64,000 nucleotides of DNA from an uncultured delta proteobacterium (GTDB taxonomy: Bacteria > Myxococcota_A > Polyangia > Polyangiales > Polyangiaceae). A program made the position numbers and the translations under genes. The stretch lies in assembly GCA_963696385.1 (NCBI GenBank), contig CAVOKF010000004.1, positions 544,001 through 608,000 on the forward strand. Direction: 5' to 3'. Positions 27,985-38,410 of this stretch are shown one piece after another. The notes under the pieces were generated by a model that was not told where the DNA came from, ran no database searches, and saw only the letters and a program-made list of their open reading frames with translations. How positions within the stretch are numbered: position 1 is the first letter of the stretch; each line of letters opens with the position of its first letter.

Positions 27985-28668
27985 ATGCCATCGGAGCATA
28001 CGAGCCGCGATTTCGAGACCGAGCTTCGCGAGGTGCGCTCGCGCACGAGTCAGATGGGTGCGCGCTGCGAGCGTGCCTTGGCGCTTGCGATCGACGTCAT
28101 GTCCCAAGGCACCGCTGACTCGTCGGGGCAAGCGCAAGAGCTCGAGGCCCAAATAGATCGGGACGAAGTCGACCTCACAGCGCTGGTGGTTCGCGTCCTC
28201 GCCCTGCGGCAACCGCTCGCGCGCGACCTGCGGCTATTGACGGCGACGCTGAAACTCGTCACGGATCTGGAGCGCATCAGCGACGAGGCAAGCCACATCG
28301 CAAAGCGTGCGATAGAGGAGCCCGCGAAGACCAGGTTGCTGGCTCGCGACGAGCTCGGGCCGATGGTCGCCCGCACGCAGCAGACGCTGCGGAGCGCCCT
28401 TCATGGGTTCTTCGACGAGGACCTCCCGAGTGCCGAGAGCACCCTCGCGAGTGGCGACGCCGTGCACGAGCAATACAACGCCGTCGTAGCCGAAATGAGC
28501 GATCGAATGGCGAAAGGGTCCGCCGATGTCGTGAGCGGCGTGCTCGTCATCCGGATCGCCAAGCACCTCGAACGTATCGCCGGCTACGCGACGAGCGTTG
28601 CCGAGGAAGCCATTTTCCTCGTGCGCGGCGAGTGTGTTCGCCATTACCGAGCCAGTTCTCCGGCGTGA
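27985..28668 (+). CDS. phoU: PhoU-family protein
   Basis: HTSRDFE.EL; LRQPLARDLR; DLERISD; KHLERIA. Confidence 0.9.
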   Translation: MPSEHTSRDFETELREVRSRTSQMGARCERALALAIDVMSQGTADSSGQAQELEAQIDRDEVDLTALVVRVLALRQPLARDLRLLTATLKLVTDLERISDEASHIAKRAIEEPAKTRLLARDELGPMVARTQQTLRSALHGFFDEDLPSAESTLASGDAVHEQYNAVVAEMSDRMAKGSADVVSGVLVIRIAKHLERIAGYATSVAEEAIFLVRGECVRHYRASSPA

Positions 28669-28747
28669 AGCGCGAATGCCGATCGCTCGCCGCGTTCGAG
28701 ATCCCTCGCTCCGATGACCGGGGACGAAGGGGTCGGATCTCTCGCTC

Positions 28748-30175
28748 TCATCTCTCGAACGCGCGCTGAAGTTTGGCTATGGCTGCCGGCGGTCCCCGGA
28801 CACGCAGTCGGGCAGAGCCTTCCTCGTAGTCCTCCGCGATGACCCGGGCGTTCTCGTACACCTCGGCGAGCAAGCCCTGCTTGTCGTAAGGCACGACGAG
28901 CTCCGCTTCCACCATCGACGCCTCGAAGAAGGTGATCATCGCCTGGCGCAGCAAACGGACGTCGTTCGCGTCGTGAGCCGACAGAACCATGGCGCCCTGA
29001 GCCTCGTAGGGCCCGAGTGCCCGTCTCGCTTCGGCGCCGAGACGGTCGGCCTTGTTCAACAGGAGTCTACTTGGGACGCGGTCGGCGCCGATATCCCGAA
29101 GCACGTTGCGCGTCACTTCGAGCTGCGCGCCCCATGTGGGGTCGGTGGCGTCCACAACGTAGAGAAGCAGGGACGCTTCGAGTGCCTCGTCGAGAGTCGA
29201 TCGAAAGGACGCCACGAGGTCGTGCGGCAACTTCTTGATGAATCCTACGGTGTCGGACACCAAAATGCGTGGCTTCGTCTCGGGGTGAAGTGCGCGCACG
29301 GTGGTGTCGAGCGTCGCGAACAGCTTGTCCTCGACCAGCACCTCGCTGTCGGTCAGGGCGCGCATCAGCGAGGATTTGCCCGCGTTGGTGTACCCGACGA
29401 GCGCGACTCGGAGCTGATCTCTGCGCGCCGAGCGCCGATGGTCTTGCTCCCTTTGAAGAGCGGCCAGTTGCTCGCGCAACTCCGCGATGCGGTCCCGAAT
29501 CTTGCGGCGATCGAGCTCGATGGCTGCCTCTCCGGCGCCTTTGCCCCGCTGACGTTCCTTGCCGCCGCTCGCTTCGCGCATCCTCGGCGCGACGTAGTTG
29601 AGCCGTGCGATCTCGACCTGCAATCGCGCTTCGCGGCTGCGCGCGTGCCGATGGAAAATATCGACGATCACTCCGGTCCGATCGAGCACCTGGGCGCCCG
29701 TGGCGCGTTCGAGATTGCGTGCCTGACTCGGCGTAATCTCGTGATCGACGACGACGACCGTGGCCTTATCGGGAACGTTGCTATCGTCATCGCCGCCACC
29801 GCCCGGGACCGCGCGGGAGTCGGCGCCCGCTTGCGAAGATTTGACGTTGCGGTCGCGCAGGGCCCACCGGGTGCGCGCCTTGGTCTTGATCTCGGGCGCG
29901 CCGGACGGGACGACGCCCTTGCCCCCCGTGATCTCGGCGAGATCTCTCAGCTTGCCTTCGCCCACGACCGCCGCGGCGGCGAGAGCGTCCCGCCGCTGTG
30001 AGACGGTCGCGACGACCTCGAAGCCGAGCGTCTGGACGAGGCGGCCCAGCTCTTCGAGATCCGAGGCGTGCTCCGCATCCTCCACGCCAGGAAGCTGGAC
30101 GCCGACGAGCACGGCGCGCGGACGTGACGCGCTCGCGCCGTGTACGTGCCGAGCGGACACGGGGCTCGATGGCAT
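28748..30175 (-). CDS. hflX: GTPase HflX
   Basis: DRTGVIVDIF..ARSREA.LQVE; GYTNAGKS; LFATLD; DTVGF; NKAD. Confidence 0.95.
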   Translation of the reverse strand: MPSSPVSARHVHGASASRPRAVLVGVQLPGVEDAEHASDLEELGRLVQTLGFEVVATVSQRRDALAAAAVVGEGKLRDLAEITGGKGVVPSGAPEIKTKARTRWALRDRNVKSSQAGADSRAVPGGGGDDDSNVPDKATVVVVDHEITPSQARNLERATGAQVLDRTGVIVDIFHRHARSREARLQVEIARLNYVAPRMREASGGKERQRGKGAGEAAIELDRRKIRDRIAELREQLAALQREQDHRRSARRDQLRVALVGYTNAGKSSLMRALTDSEVLVEDKLFATLDTTVRALHPETKPRILVSDTVGFIKKLPHDLVASFRSTLDEALEASLLLYVVDATDPTWGAQLEVTRNVLRDIGADRVPSRLLLNKADRLGAEARRALGPYEAQGAMVLSAHDANDVRLLRQAMITFFEASMVEAELVVPYDKQGLLAEVYENARVIAEDYEEGSARLRVRGPPAAIAKLQRAFER

Positions 30176-30393
30176 CGACCGTGCGTCGTAGCACGTTGCC
30201 AACAAACGGCCGCTGCACCACAAGGCTACCGAGCGAAAGAGAGACCCGTTCGCCGAATCGCCAGTCGACGTCGCGCTCGAGCAGGGGCCCCGGACGCGAA
30301 GGGAGCCTGCCGAATGCCAGGACGACATAGCCCCGTCGAGTCGCACCGCCGGGAGCACGCGTTACCGGCACCCACGACCCCGCTGCAGCGCTC

Positions 30394-31693
30394 TCAGTCG
30401 TGCCGCAAGCGGTCGAGCACCGCGAAGAAGTCGGGGAAGGTCTTGGAGACGGTCGAAGGATTTCGGATGCGAATCCCGGGCGCCGCGAGTGCCGTAACGG
30501 CGAAGCTCATGGCCATGCGGTGGTCCTCGTACGTTTCGATATCGGTCGCCCGCGGAGTTCCCGGGTAAACAATGAACCCGTCCTCCTCTTCCTCGGCGGT
30601 GATTCCCATTCGCCGCAGCTCCGTCACGACTGCCGCAACGCAATCCGTCTCTTTTCGGCGAATGAAGCCGATGCCTGTGACGCGGGTCGGACCCACGGCG
30701 AATGGTGCTATCGCAGCCAGCGTCTGCGCGGTGTCCGACAGGTTCGACATGTCGGCTTCGATCCCAGAAAGCTTGCCCGGGCCGGTCACTTCGGTCTCGC
30801 TTTCGGTCTGGCGCACGCGACAGCCCATTCGTTCGAGCAACCGGACGAACGCGGAGATCACCCTGCAGCGATCGCGTCCCCAACCCCGGTACGACCACGC
30901 GTCCGCCCGTCACAGCCGCGGCTGCAAAAAAATACGAGGCCGCAGACGCGTCGGGCTCGACGTCGTAAATGGCGCCCGCATAGTGGCCCGGGTCGACTTC
31001 GAACCGGTGAAAGCCTTCGCGCCGGAGCGTCACGCCGAAGGCCGCCATGGCCTGCGCCGTAACTTCGATATACGGCTTGGAGACGAGATCCCCCTCGACA
31101 TCGAGGGTCACTCCGAGCCGGGTGCACGGAGCGACCATGAGCAGTGCGCTGAAGTACTGGCTGCTCACCCCGCCCGTGATTCGAGCCGTCCCACCATGGA
31201 AGCCCGAGCCCTCGACGCGAATGGGCGGGCAGCCATTGGCGCGAATGCTCGTGGCCTTCGCACCCAGACTCTGCAGCGCGTCGAGCAGGGGTTGGAGGGG
31301 GCGCTTTCGCATGGCCTCGTTTCCGTCGAGTTCGTAGACGCCCCGGCCGAGGGCCATGACGGGTGTGAGAAAGCGTGCGGTGGTTCCGGAGTTACCGACG
31401 AATACGGAGGCTCGATCGACGGCGATCCGACCGCCGCTGCCCGTCACGTCGAAGCGCCGCATAGCCTCGTGCGGGACGACGCCGATCCCGAGCGCTTGGA
31501 GGCCGCGCGCCATGTGCATTGTGTCGTCGCTGAAGAGCGCGCCGTTGAGCATCGAGGGCCCTTGCGCAAGAGCCGCCAGGACGAGCGCGCGGTTCGTGTA
31601 GCTCTTCGACCCCGGCGGGCGAACGCTGCCCTCGATGGGCCAATCTTGGACTTGAATCGAAAGGAGGTCGGGTAGATTGGGGCGGGCAGGCAC
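30394..31693 (-). CDS. aroA: EPSP synthase, frameshifted near 30854
   Basis: PGSKSYTNR, GNSGTTARF and SSQYFS in one frame; RRKETD and DHRMAM in another. Removing one C gives LQGDLAFVRLL. Confidence 0.92.
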
Positions 31694-31955
31694 GTTTGCT
31701 CGTACGATAGCGACCCGGCACCGTCGGCGGTAGGCTCGCGCGCGCGCGAGCCCGCCGCCCGCGTGCGCGTGCGAATCGCCAGCACTCGCCCCGTCCGCGT
31801 TCGGCGATACGGTGGCGCCGCGGTTCGTCGAGCGCGCACGCTAGCTCGCAAGTCGACGTTGTGCCAATCTCCAAGACGTTGGTGCGGCCGCTTGCGCCGT
31901 CGCGGTCGGTCGACGCAGCTGGACCCGCTTGTTGGTGGTGCGGTATGCGGTTCCC

Positions 31956-34218
31956 ATGAGCATTCGCGCGCGTATGCCGCGTGTCACCTGCGTCGCGTGC
32001 CTCGTCGTCTGCGCGTGCGAGCCCTCCGTCCCGCCTCTTCCGATCGTCGCCCGAACCGGCGCTGCCGCCGTGGCGCCGACGGCCTCGTCGCCCGCTCCCT
32101 CGCCGGAGCGCCGCGTCGAACAATGGCTCGCGAAGATGACCCTCGAGGACAAGATCGACTACATCGGCGGCGATCGCGACTTCTTCATCCGCGCCGTGGC
32201 GAGCCTGGGGATTCCCGAGATCAAAATGTCCGATGGGCCATCGGGATGCCGCAACTGGGGTCCGAGCACCGCTTATCCAGCGGCTATCGCCCTGGCGGCC
32301 TCATTCGATTCGAACCTCGCTGAGCGTGTGGGCCAATCGATCGCTCGCGATTGCCGGGCTCGCGGCGTTCGCATCTTGCTCGCGCCCGGGGTGAACATCC
32401 AACGGTCGCCGCTCGACGGTCGCAACTTCGAATACTTGGGCGAGGACCCTTTTCTCGCGGGAACGACTGCGGCAGCTTACGTTCGGGGCGTTCAAGGAGA
32501 AGGAGTGCTCGCGACCGTCAAACACTTCGCGGCGAACAACCAAGAGTGGGATCGGCGCGGAATCAGCTCGGAAGTGGACGAACGGAGTCTGCGCGAGATT
32601 TACCTTCCGGCCTTCGAGCGCACGGTGCGAGAGGGGCACGTGGGCGCCGTGATGACTGCCTACAATTTGCTCAATGGGACCTACTGTTCCGAACATCCCT
32701 GGCTGCTTCGGAAAGTGCTCAAGGAGCAGTGGGGCTTCCCGGGGATCGCGATGTCCGACTGGCATGCCGTGCAGGACGCAGCGGGTGCCGCAAACGCCGG
32801 GCTGGATCTCGAGATGCCGGAAGCCCGCTACATGAACCGCGACAAGTTGATTCCTCTCATCCGGGAGCACGCGGTCGATAGTGCGGTCATCGACGACAAG
32901 GTCCGTCGCATCCTTCGGACCATCCTCGCGGCGGGCTTCCTGGAGTCTGCCGCGAAGCGCGACGACGTCCCTCTCGATGATCCGAAGAGCTCGTCGGTGG
33001 CTCTCGAGGAGGCCCGGCGCAGCATTGTCCTGCTCAAGAACTCGCACGACCTTTTGCCGCTCGACCGAGCCAAGATCAAGCGAATCGCGTTGATCGGGCC
33101 GAACGCAACGCCTGCGGTCGTCGGGGGCTCGGGCAGTGCGTTCGTCACGCCGTTCCACGCCGTGAGTTTGCTCGACGGACTCACGCGAGCCGCGCGGGGC
33201 ATTGAGGTCGACTACCACCCCGGGGTCCAACAGAATCTCGGATCGTGCGGCGGGGGCCAAAGTTGGCTTCGGTTCCGACGCCCGACGCGATGGCCTCGAA
33301 GGTGGCCCCGAGGTTTCGGCGACCGCTCGTCGTGCCGACGCCGTCGTCGTAGCCGTTGGCTTCGGGCAGAGCGCCGATAGCAACAGCGCGCAGGTCCCGT
33401 TCGAGCCATTCTGGCCTCCTCCCTGGGCGCGTCAGGCCGGACTGGTCGAAGCGGAAAACAGCGATCGCCCGTTCGAATTGCCGGCGCCGCAGCTTGAGAC
33501 CATACGGCTGGCTGTTGCCGCCAACCCACGCACCATCGTGGTGGTGAACTCCGGCGGAGGGGTCGACGTGCAGCCTTTCGCGGACGGCGCGGCCGCGCTG
33601 TTGTGGGCTTGGTATCCGGGACAAGAGGGCGGCCGCGCGATCGCCGACGTGCTGTTCGGCGAGGTGAACCCCTCAGGCAAGTTGCCCGTTACGTTCGCGA
33701 GGCGATACGCGGATTACCCGAGCGCGCCGTATTACAACGTGGATCGGGGGAAAAAAACGCCGTACACGGAAGGGGTCTTCGTCGGCTACCGAGGCTTCGA
33801 AGCCGCCCGCGTCGAGCCCGCATTCCCGTTCGGGTATGGACTGAGCTATACGTCGTTCGGCTACTCCGACCTGCGTGCGTCCGCGTCCGCGGACGGATCG
33901 GCGCGCGCAGTCCTCACCGTAACGAACCGCGGAGCACGCGCCGGCGAGGAGGTCGTGCAACTTTACGTGGCGCCTCCGAAGACGAGTGTTGCTCGTCCCC
34001 CGAAGGAGCTCAAAGGGTTCGCCCGAGTCTCGCTGGCACCGGGCGAGAGCCAATCCATTTCGCTGACCCTCGAGCCTCGGGCGTTTGCGTTCTGGGACGA
34101 CCAGCAGAAGGCCTGGGCGGTTACGCCTGGCCCCTACGAGATCCTCGCTGGCGCTTCCTCCGCCGACATCCGCCTGCGTCAGTCGATTGACGTTGTCGCG
34201 CGGGTTCTTGCGCCGTGA
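31956..34218 (+). CDS. GH3 beta-glucosidase (lipoprotein), frameshifted near 33230-33300
   Basis: SDGP, GRNFEYLGEDP, KHF, MSDW and SIVLLKN in ORF 31929; AWYPGQEGG, EGVFVGYR, FPFGYGLSYT and Fn3 domain in ORF 33202. Confidence 0.9.
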
Positions 34219-34390
34219 CGCCGCACATGGGCTCCGTTTCCTCCGGTCGCCCCGTGCAGTGGCTGCCCAGCCGGTGGGTCGATCGGTTGCAAGCCACGAC
34301 TTTAAAGACGTTACGGCGGCGAAAGGACTGCGGCGCATGGCCGACTCTCCCGGAGCGCACCGGGCTGGGCCTGCTAAGGTGGGGAACTCG

Positions 34391-35254
34391 ATGCGGACCC
34401 GGCCCACGGCTTGGTGGCTAGCGCAGCTTCGTCGACGGCGCTCTCGCATGGTCGACGAAAGGCTCGACCTCTCCACGCCCCCCGCGTTCGCGACTCTAGA
34501 GGAGCATTCGGCGGCGGTCGCTTTCTTCAACGCAGCATTTCGGGCGGAGGAATCCGGTCTTCGGCAAGCCCACGAGCTTTCGGACACGGTCGCGCAACGC
34601 GATCCCGAGCTCGCGGAATGTCTGCGCCTCTACGGGGACGAAGAGGGCTGGCACCGTCGGTTGCTCACCGAGTTTTTGGGGTGGCTCGGCGGGAGCGTGA
34701 AGCCCATGGGACGCACGACCCGCACCTTCTACGGACTGTATGCGCGAGCCGAACGAATGGAGTCGATCGTCCTGGTCAACCTGATGTTCGAAACGATTGG
34801 CTCGACCACCTATCGGCTCGCGCTTCGAGGTGCCACGCATCCGGTCGTGCGGCAGATGCTCACCATACTGACGCGCGACGAGTCGTTTCACGTGCCGCTG
34901 AACGTCCACTTCCTGCGCGCGGCGCTCGCGTTTGCACCTTCCGTTTCGAAACGTCGCCTGCGTGCGTTGCACAACGCGACGTTCGTGGCGCTGCTTGCGT
35001 CGACGATTCCGAGCCGGCGTCGGGCCGAGCCCTTCGATCGCATTCCGCAACGCGTGCTTGCAAGAGCCTACGCGACGGAGCTCGCGCGCTTATTTCTCGA
35101 GCAAGACGACTTGGGACTCTCGCCCTCGCCGTTGTTTCTGCGCATGTTCGGTCTGGACCGCGAGGACCTTCTCCTGCGCGGACCGTCTACCGTCAGCGTC
35201 GAAGCCGCGGAGCGATCGGCCGAGCGCGCCGACGTCGTCGTCGACGCCTATTGA
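34391..35254 (+). CDS. Ferritin-like (diiron-carboxylate) protein
   Basis: E..EEGWH and E..DESFH pattern of a diiron four-helix bundle; start 34391 or 34448. Confidence 0.75.
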   Translation: MRTRPTAWWLAQLRRRRSRMVDERLDLSTPPAFATLEEHSAAVAFFNAAFRAEESGLRQAHELSDTVAQRDPELAECLRLYGDEEGWHRRLLTEFLGWLGGSVKPMGRTTRTFYGLYARAERMESIVLVNLMFETIGSTTYRLALRGATHPVVRQMLTILTRDESFHVPLNVHFLRAALAFAPSVSKRRLRALHNATFVALLASTIPSRRRAEPFDRIPQRVLARAYATELARLFLEQDDLGLSPSPLFLRMFGLDREDLLLRGPSTVSVEAAERSAERADVVVDAY

Positions 35255-35261
35255 ACGAACC

Positions 35262-36257
35262 ATGCGCCCCGTTGCTGGATTTGCCTGGGGGCTTCTTGCG
35301 TACGACGTCGCCGTCGTCGCGTGGGGCGCTTACGTTCGGGCGACCGGCTCCGGGGCCGGATGCGGTCGCCACTGGCCAACCTGCAACGGCGACTTCGTGC
35401 CGCGGGTTGCGCGGCTCGAAACACTCGTGGAATTCTCGCACCGTGCGTCCAGTGCGGCCGCGTTCATCCTTACGATCGTGCTGCTCGTCTGGACGCTCCG
35501 GGCATTCCCGCGGGGCCATCGGGTCCGCCGCGGCGCAGCCGCCGCTTGCGCGCTCATGGCCACAGAGGCGCTCATCGGCGCAGGCCTCGTCCTGTTCGCG
35601 CTCGTCGCGCACGACGCATCCCTCAAGAGAGCGCTGAGCATCGCCCTCCACCTCGTGAACACGTTCTTTCTCTTGGCTGCGACCGCGCTCACGGCCTGGT
35701 GGGCATCCGGCGGCGCCCCTCTCGAGCTCCGCGGTCGGCGGACTTTGCTGGCTGGCGTCGGGCTCCCGCTCGTGGCCATGATCTTCGTGGGCGCGACCGG
35801 TGCCGTGACGGCCCTCGGCGACACACTCTTTCCGGCTGCGTCGCTTGCGGAAGGTCTTGCCCGAGATCTCGCGCCGAGTGCCCACCTGTTCGTTCGCTTG
35901 CGCGCGATTCACCCGATCTTGGCCGTGGGCACGGCGACTGCCACGATCGGTGTGGCGAGCGTGGTGCGGAACCTTCGGCCGACGGGCGAGGTCTCCGCGC
36001 TTTCCCGGATCACGACGGCGCTCGCGTCCGTTCAGGTCGCCGCCGGCCTGCTGGACGTACTCCTTCGCGCACCGGTGTTGGTGCAGGTAGTCCATCTCGT
36101 GCTTGCCGACGCCGTGTGGATCGCTCTCATCCTCACGGCCGCTGCTGCGCTGGCCAAGGAGGACGGCGGCCCGGCCGTTAGCCCCCCTCGTATTCGCAGC
36201 GCGACTCACACGTCTCGAACACCGTCACGCGGACGAGCGGCGGCAGAATCGGTTTGA
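35262..36257 (+). CDS. ctaA: Heme A synthase (COX15/CtaA)
   Basis: [25 protein letters not shown], conserved His residues in TM helices. Confidence 0.9.
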   Translation: MRPVAGFAWGLLAYDVAVVAWGAYVRATGSGAGCGRHWPTCNGDFVPRVARLETLVEFSHRASSAAAFILTIVLLVWTLRAFPRGHRVRRGAAAACALMATEALIGAGLVLFALVAHDASLKRALSIALHLVNTFFLLAATALTAWWASGGAPLELRGRRTLLAGVGLPLVAMIFVGATGAVTALGDTLFPAASLAEGLARDLAPSAHLFVRLRAIHPILAVGTATATIGVASVVRNLRPTGEVSALSRITTALASVQVAAGLLDVLLRAPVLVQVVHLVLADAVWIALILTAAAALAKEDGGPAVSPPRIRSATHTSRTPSRGRAAAESV

Positions 36258-36540
36258 TTCGGTCCCAGATCCAGCGCGCAAGCACTTCGCTGGTGGGGTT
36301 GGCCAGCCCATCCACCTCGTTCAGGTAACGGTGGTCCAGTCGTTCGCTCAATGGCTTCCACGCGTCGTACAACGTTTGAAAGTCGATAAACCAACCGGTG
36401 GCTTCATCCACCGGCCCGTAAACGGCGAGCTCCACGCGGAAGCTGTGGCCATGCAATCGTGCGCACTTGTGCCCGGCGGGCACGTTCGGCAGCCGGTGGG
36501 CTGCTTCAAAGCGGAACTCGTGCACGAGGCGAACGTTCAT
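36178..36540 (-). CDS. queD: 6-carboxytetrahydropterin synthase
   Basis: [31 protein letters not shown]. Confidence 0.95.
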   Translation of the reverse strand: MNVRLVHEFRFEAAHRLPNVPAGHKCARLHGHSFRVELAVYGPVDEATGWFIDFQTLYDAWKPLSERLDHRYLNEVDGLANPTSEVLARWIWDRIKPILPPLVRVTVFETCESRCEYEGG

Positions 36541-36575
36541 GGTACAGCCCCGTCGGCAACGGAGAGGCCGAAGAC

Positions 36576-36695
36576 ATGTTCATCACCCTTTCGAAGAAGC
36601 CGCGCAAAGTGAATCGCAAGAAGACCGCACGCTTTCGCGCCAAGCTGAAGGCCAAGGATCGCGCGCGTCGCAACCGCGTCTATCAGGGTGAGTGA
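36576..36695 (+). CDS. 39-aa highly basic small protein
   Basis: [55 protein letters not shown]-type codons; fills the queD-mglA gap. Confidence 0.7.
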   Translation: MFITLSKKPRKVNRKKTARFRAKLKAKDRARRNRVYQGE

Positions 36696-36765
36696 GCCGC
36701 AGTCCAATCGAGGCAGAGCGCGCAGCATCGTCGCCGGTGTACCGAAGGGTGGCGTGGACGCCGCG

Positions 36766-37356
36766 TCAGCCGGCGCCCTTCTTCAGCTCGGTCAGCACGA
36801 GCTTGGCGATCGCCTTCAGCGTGTCGAAGACGCCCGTCCCAATCCGGGCGACGGCCTCGAAGTCGGGGACGGCCGATTTATTGAGCATTTGTTTGAGTTC
36901 GTCGGTTGCCGCGACGTTCGGTAGGTCGCGCTTGTTGTATTGGATGACGAAGGGAAGCCGGTCGAGCGCATAGCCCTGTTCTGCCAAGTTCGTGTGCAAG
37001 TTTTCGAGGGACTCTTCGTTCGCCTCCATGCGCTCGATCTGGGAATCCGCGACGAAAATCACGCCGTCCACCCCCTTGAGAATGAGCTTTCGCGAAGCAT
37101 CGTAAAAGACCTGTCCCGGGACGGTGTACAAGTGGAAGCGCGTCTTGAACCCTCGGATCTCGCCGAGCGACAGGGGCAAAAAGTCGAAGAACAGCGTCCG
37201 CTCGGTTTCGGTCGCGAGCGAGATCATCTTTCCTTTGTGCTCCGGGTTGGTCCGTTCGTAGATGTACTGCAGGTTCGTCGTCTTGCCGCAAAGACCCGGC
37301 CCGTAATATACGAGCTTGCAGTTGATCTCGCGGGCCATGTAGTTGATGAAACTCAT
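36766..37356 (-). CDS. mglA: Ras-like motility GTPase MglA
   Basis: MSFINY..REINCKLVYYGPGLCGKTTN; TERTLFFDF; TVPGQ; NKRD. Confidence 0.97.
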   Translation of the reverse strand: MSFINYMAREINCKLVYYGPGLCGKTTNLQYIYERTNPEHKGKMISLATETERTLFFDFLPLSLGEIRGFKTRFHLYTVPGQVFYDASRKLILKGVDGVIFVADSQIERMEANEESLENLHTNLAEQGYALDRLPFVIQYNKRDLPNVAATDELKQMLNKSAVPDFEAVARIGTGVFDTLKAIAKLVLTELKKGAG

Positions 37357-37398
37357 CGCGGCAGCCTGGCGGGGGTTCCCCGAAGAGGGGACGTTCGG

Positions 37399-37881
37399 TC
37401 AATCGTTGAAGAGATTGTCGATGTCTTCGTCGGTGATCTCTGCGAACGGCGAGTCGGCCCCCGGCTCCTGCACCTTGTTGAGCAGCGATTCGAAGACATG
37501 GTTCAGCTCCTCGCTCGCCTTCTTCACTCTCAGCCTGACCAACCCCAACGACGACTTCGAGTCGAATATGACGACCAGGATGACGCGATTTCCGACGAGC
37601 TGAATATGGATGTTCGCTCGCTCGCCCTCGTGAAACTGCGTCGCGAACTCCTGCTCCTTGAGCAACTTCGCCATTCCGCCGGTTGCGGCGATGTTGCCGG
37701 CTGTCAGCGAGGCCAGGCTGGTCGTGTCGACGTTGTCGATGTCGCCGGAAGCCGCGATGAGCTGACCGTTCTTGTCGACGATGAAGACGACCTTGGCGTT
37801 CGCATCCCGAACCAGCCGATCGACGATCGTTTGGATCTGATTGAACTCCTCCTCGTACATCACCATCTGCGGGTTGACCAT
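37399..37881 (-). CDS. mglB: Roadblock/LC7 GAP MglB
   Basis: MYEEEF..DANAKVVFIVDKNGQLI..SLASLTAGNIAA..SSLGLVRLR..ITDEDIDNLF. Confidence 0.97.
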   Translation of the reverse strand: MVNPQMVMYEEEFNQIQTIVDRLVRDANAKVVFIVDKNGQLIAASGDIDNVDTTSLASLTAGNIAATGGMAKLLKEQEFATQFHEGERANIHIQLVGNRVILVVIFDSKSSLGLVRLRVKKASEELNHVFESLLNKVQEPGADSPFAEITDEDIDNLFND

Positions 37882-37979
37882 TCGAGGCCTCAGTGCGGGC
37901 AGGGCGTGCGGGTTGCTCGTCACGCCGGTAAGGCGCGGATCACGCCATCGGATTTCACGCTAACCATGTGACACAAGCT

Positions 37980-38008
37980 GTTGTACCCGTGTGGCCGATT
38001 TCAGTAAA
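37980..38008 (-). promoter_or_regulatory. Putative sigma70 promoter of mglBA
   Basis: TTTACT-N17-TACAAC on the minus strand ~100 nt upstream of mglB. Confidence 0.4.
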
Positions 38009-38121
38009 GGCGTGAGACCGTCGTCCACGGGGATGGACGACGAGCCGAGGGACCGCTGTGAGTGACCCGGCGACTGGGATCGAGCGTGTCGGCACACGTC
38101 GACGCGATCCTCGCTGTTCGA

Positions 38122-38373
38122 CTAGGAGGCGCGGAAGCGCACATGGATCTCGAGCTCCGATTCGGGGTCTTGTCCGCGTGAAGCCGCGACCGCCTCGAAG
38201 CCTGGTTCGGCCCGCAATTCGTCGAATACGGCGCGCGCCAGGCGCGGTCGAACGCGCTCGCGCCATCGTTCGAGCCACGCGTTGCCGTCTTCGTTGCCTT
38301 CGTAGTCGTAGTCGAACTCGGCGGAGAGCTCGATTCGAACGACGAAACGCCCTTCCTCGCGATGTGTGCCCAT
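38122..38373 (-). CDS. Small acidic hypothetical protein
   Basis: 83 aa (MGTHREEGRFVVRIEL..YEGNEDG..W); protein-like composition. Confidence 0.65.
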   Translation of the reverse strand: MGTHREEGRFVVRIELSAEFDYDYEGNEDGNAWLERWRERVRPRLARAVFDELRAEPGFEAVAASRGQDPESELEIHVRFRAS

Positions 38374-38410
38374 CAGTGGCACAATCGTAAATGCTACAAG
38401 GTGGGCAGTC

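Noticed and set aside
28698..28741. Hairpin between convergent phoU and hflX as a terminator
   Set aside because: Imperfect stem with no U-tract on either strand; not enough support.
36178..36257. Convergent 3' overlaps (ctaA/queD; also 25516-25547 and 39327-39379)
   Set aside because: Short tail extensions are common in stop-poor high-GC genomes, and the overlapping residues look non-conserved.
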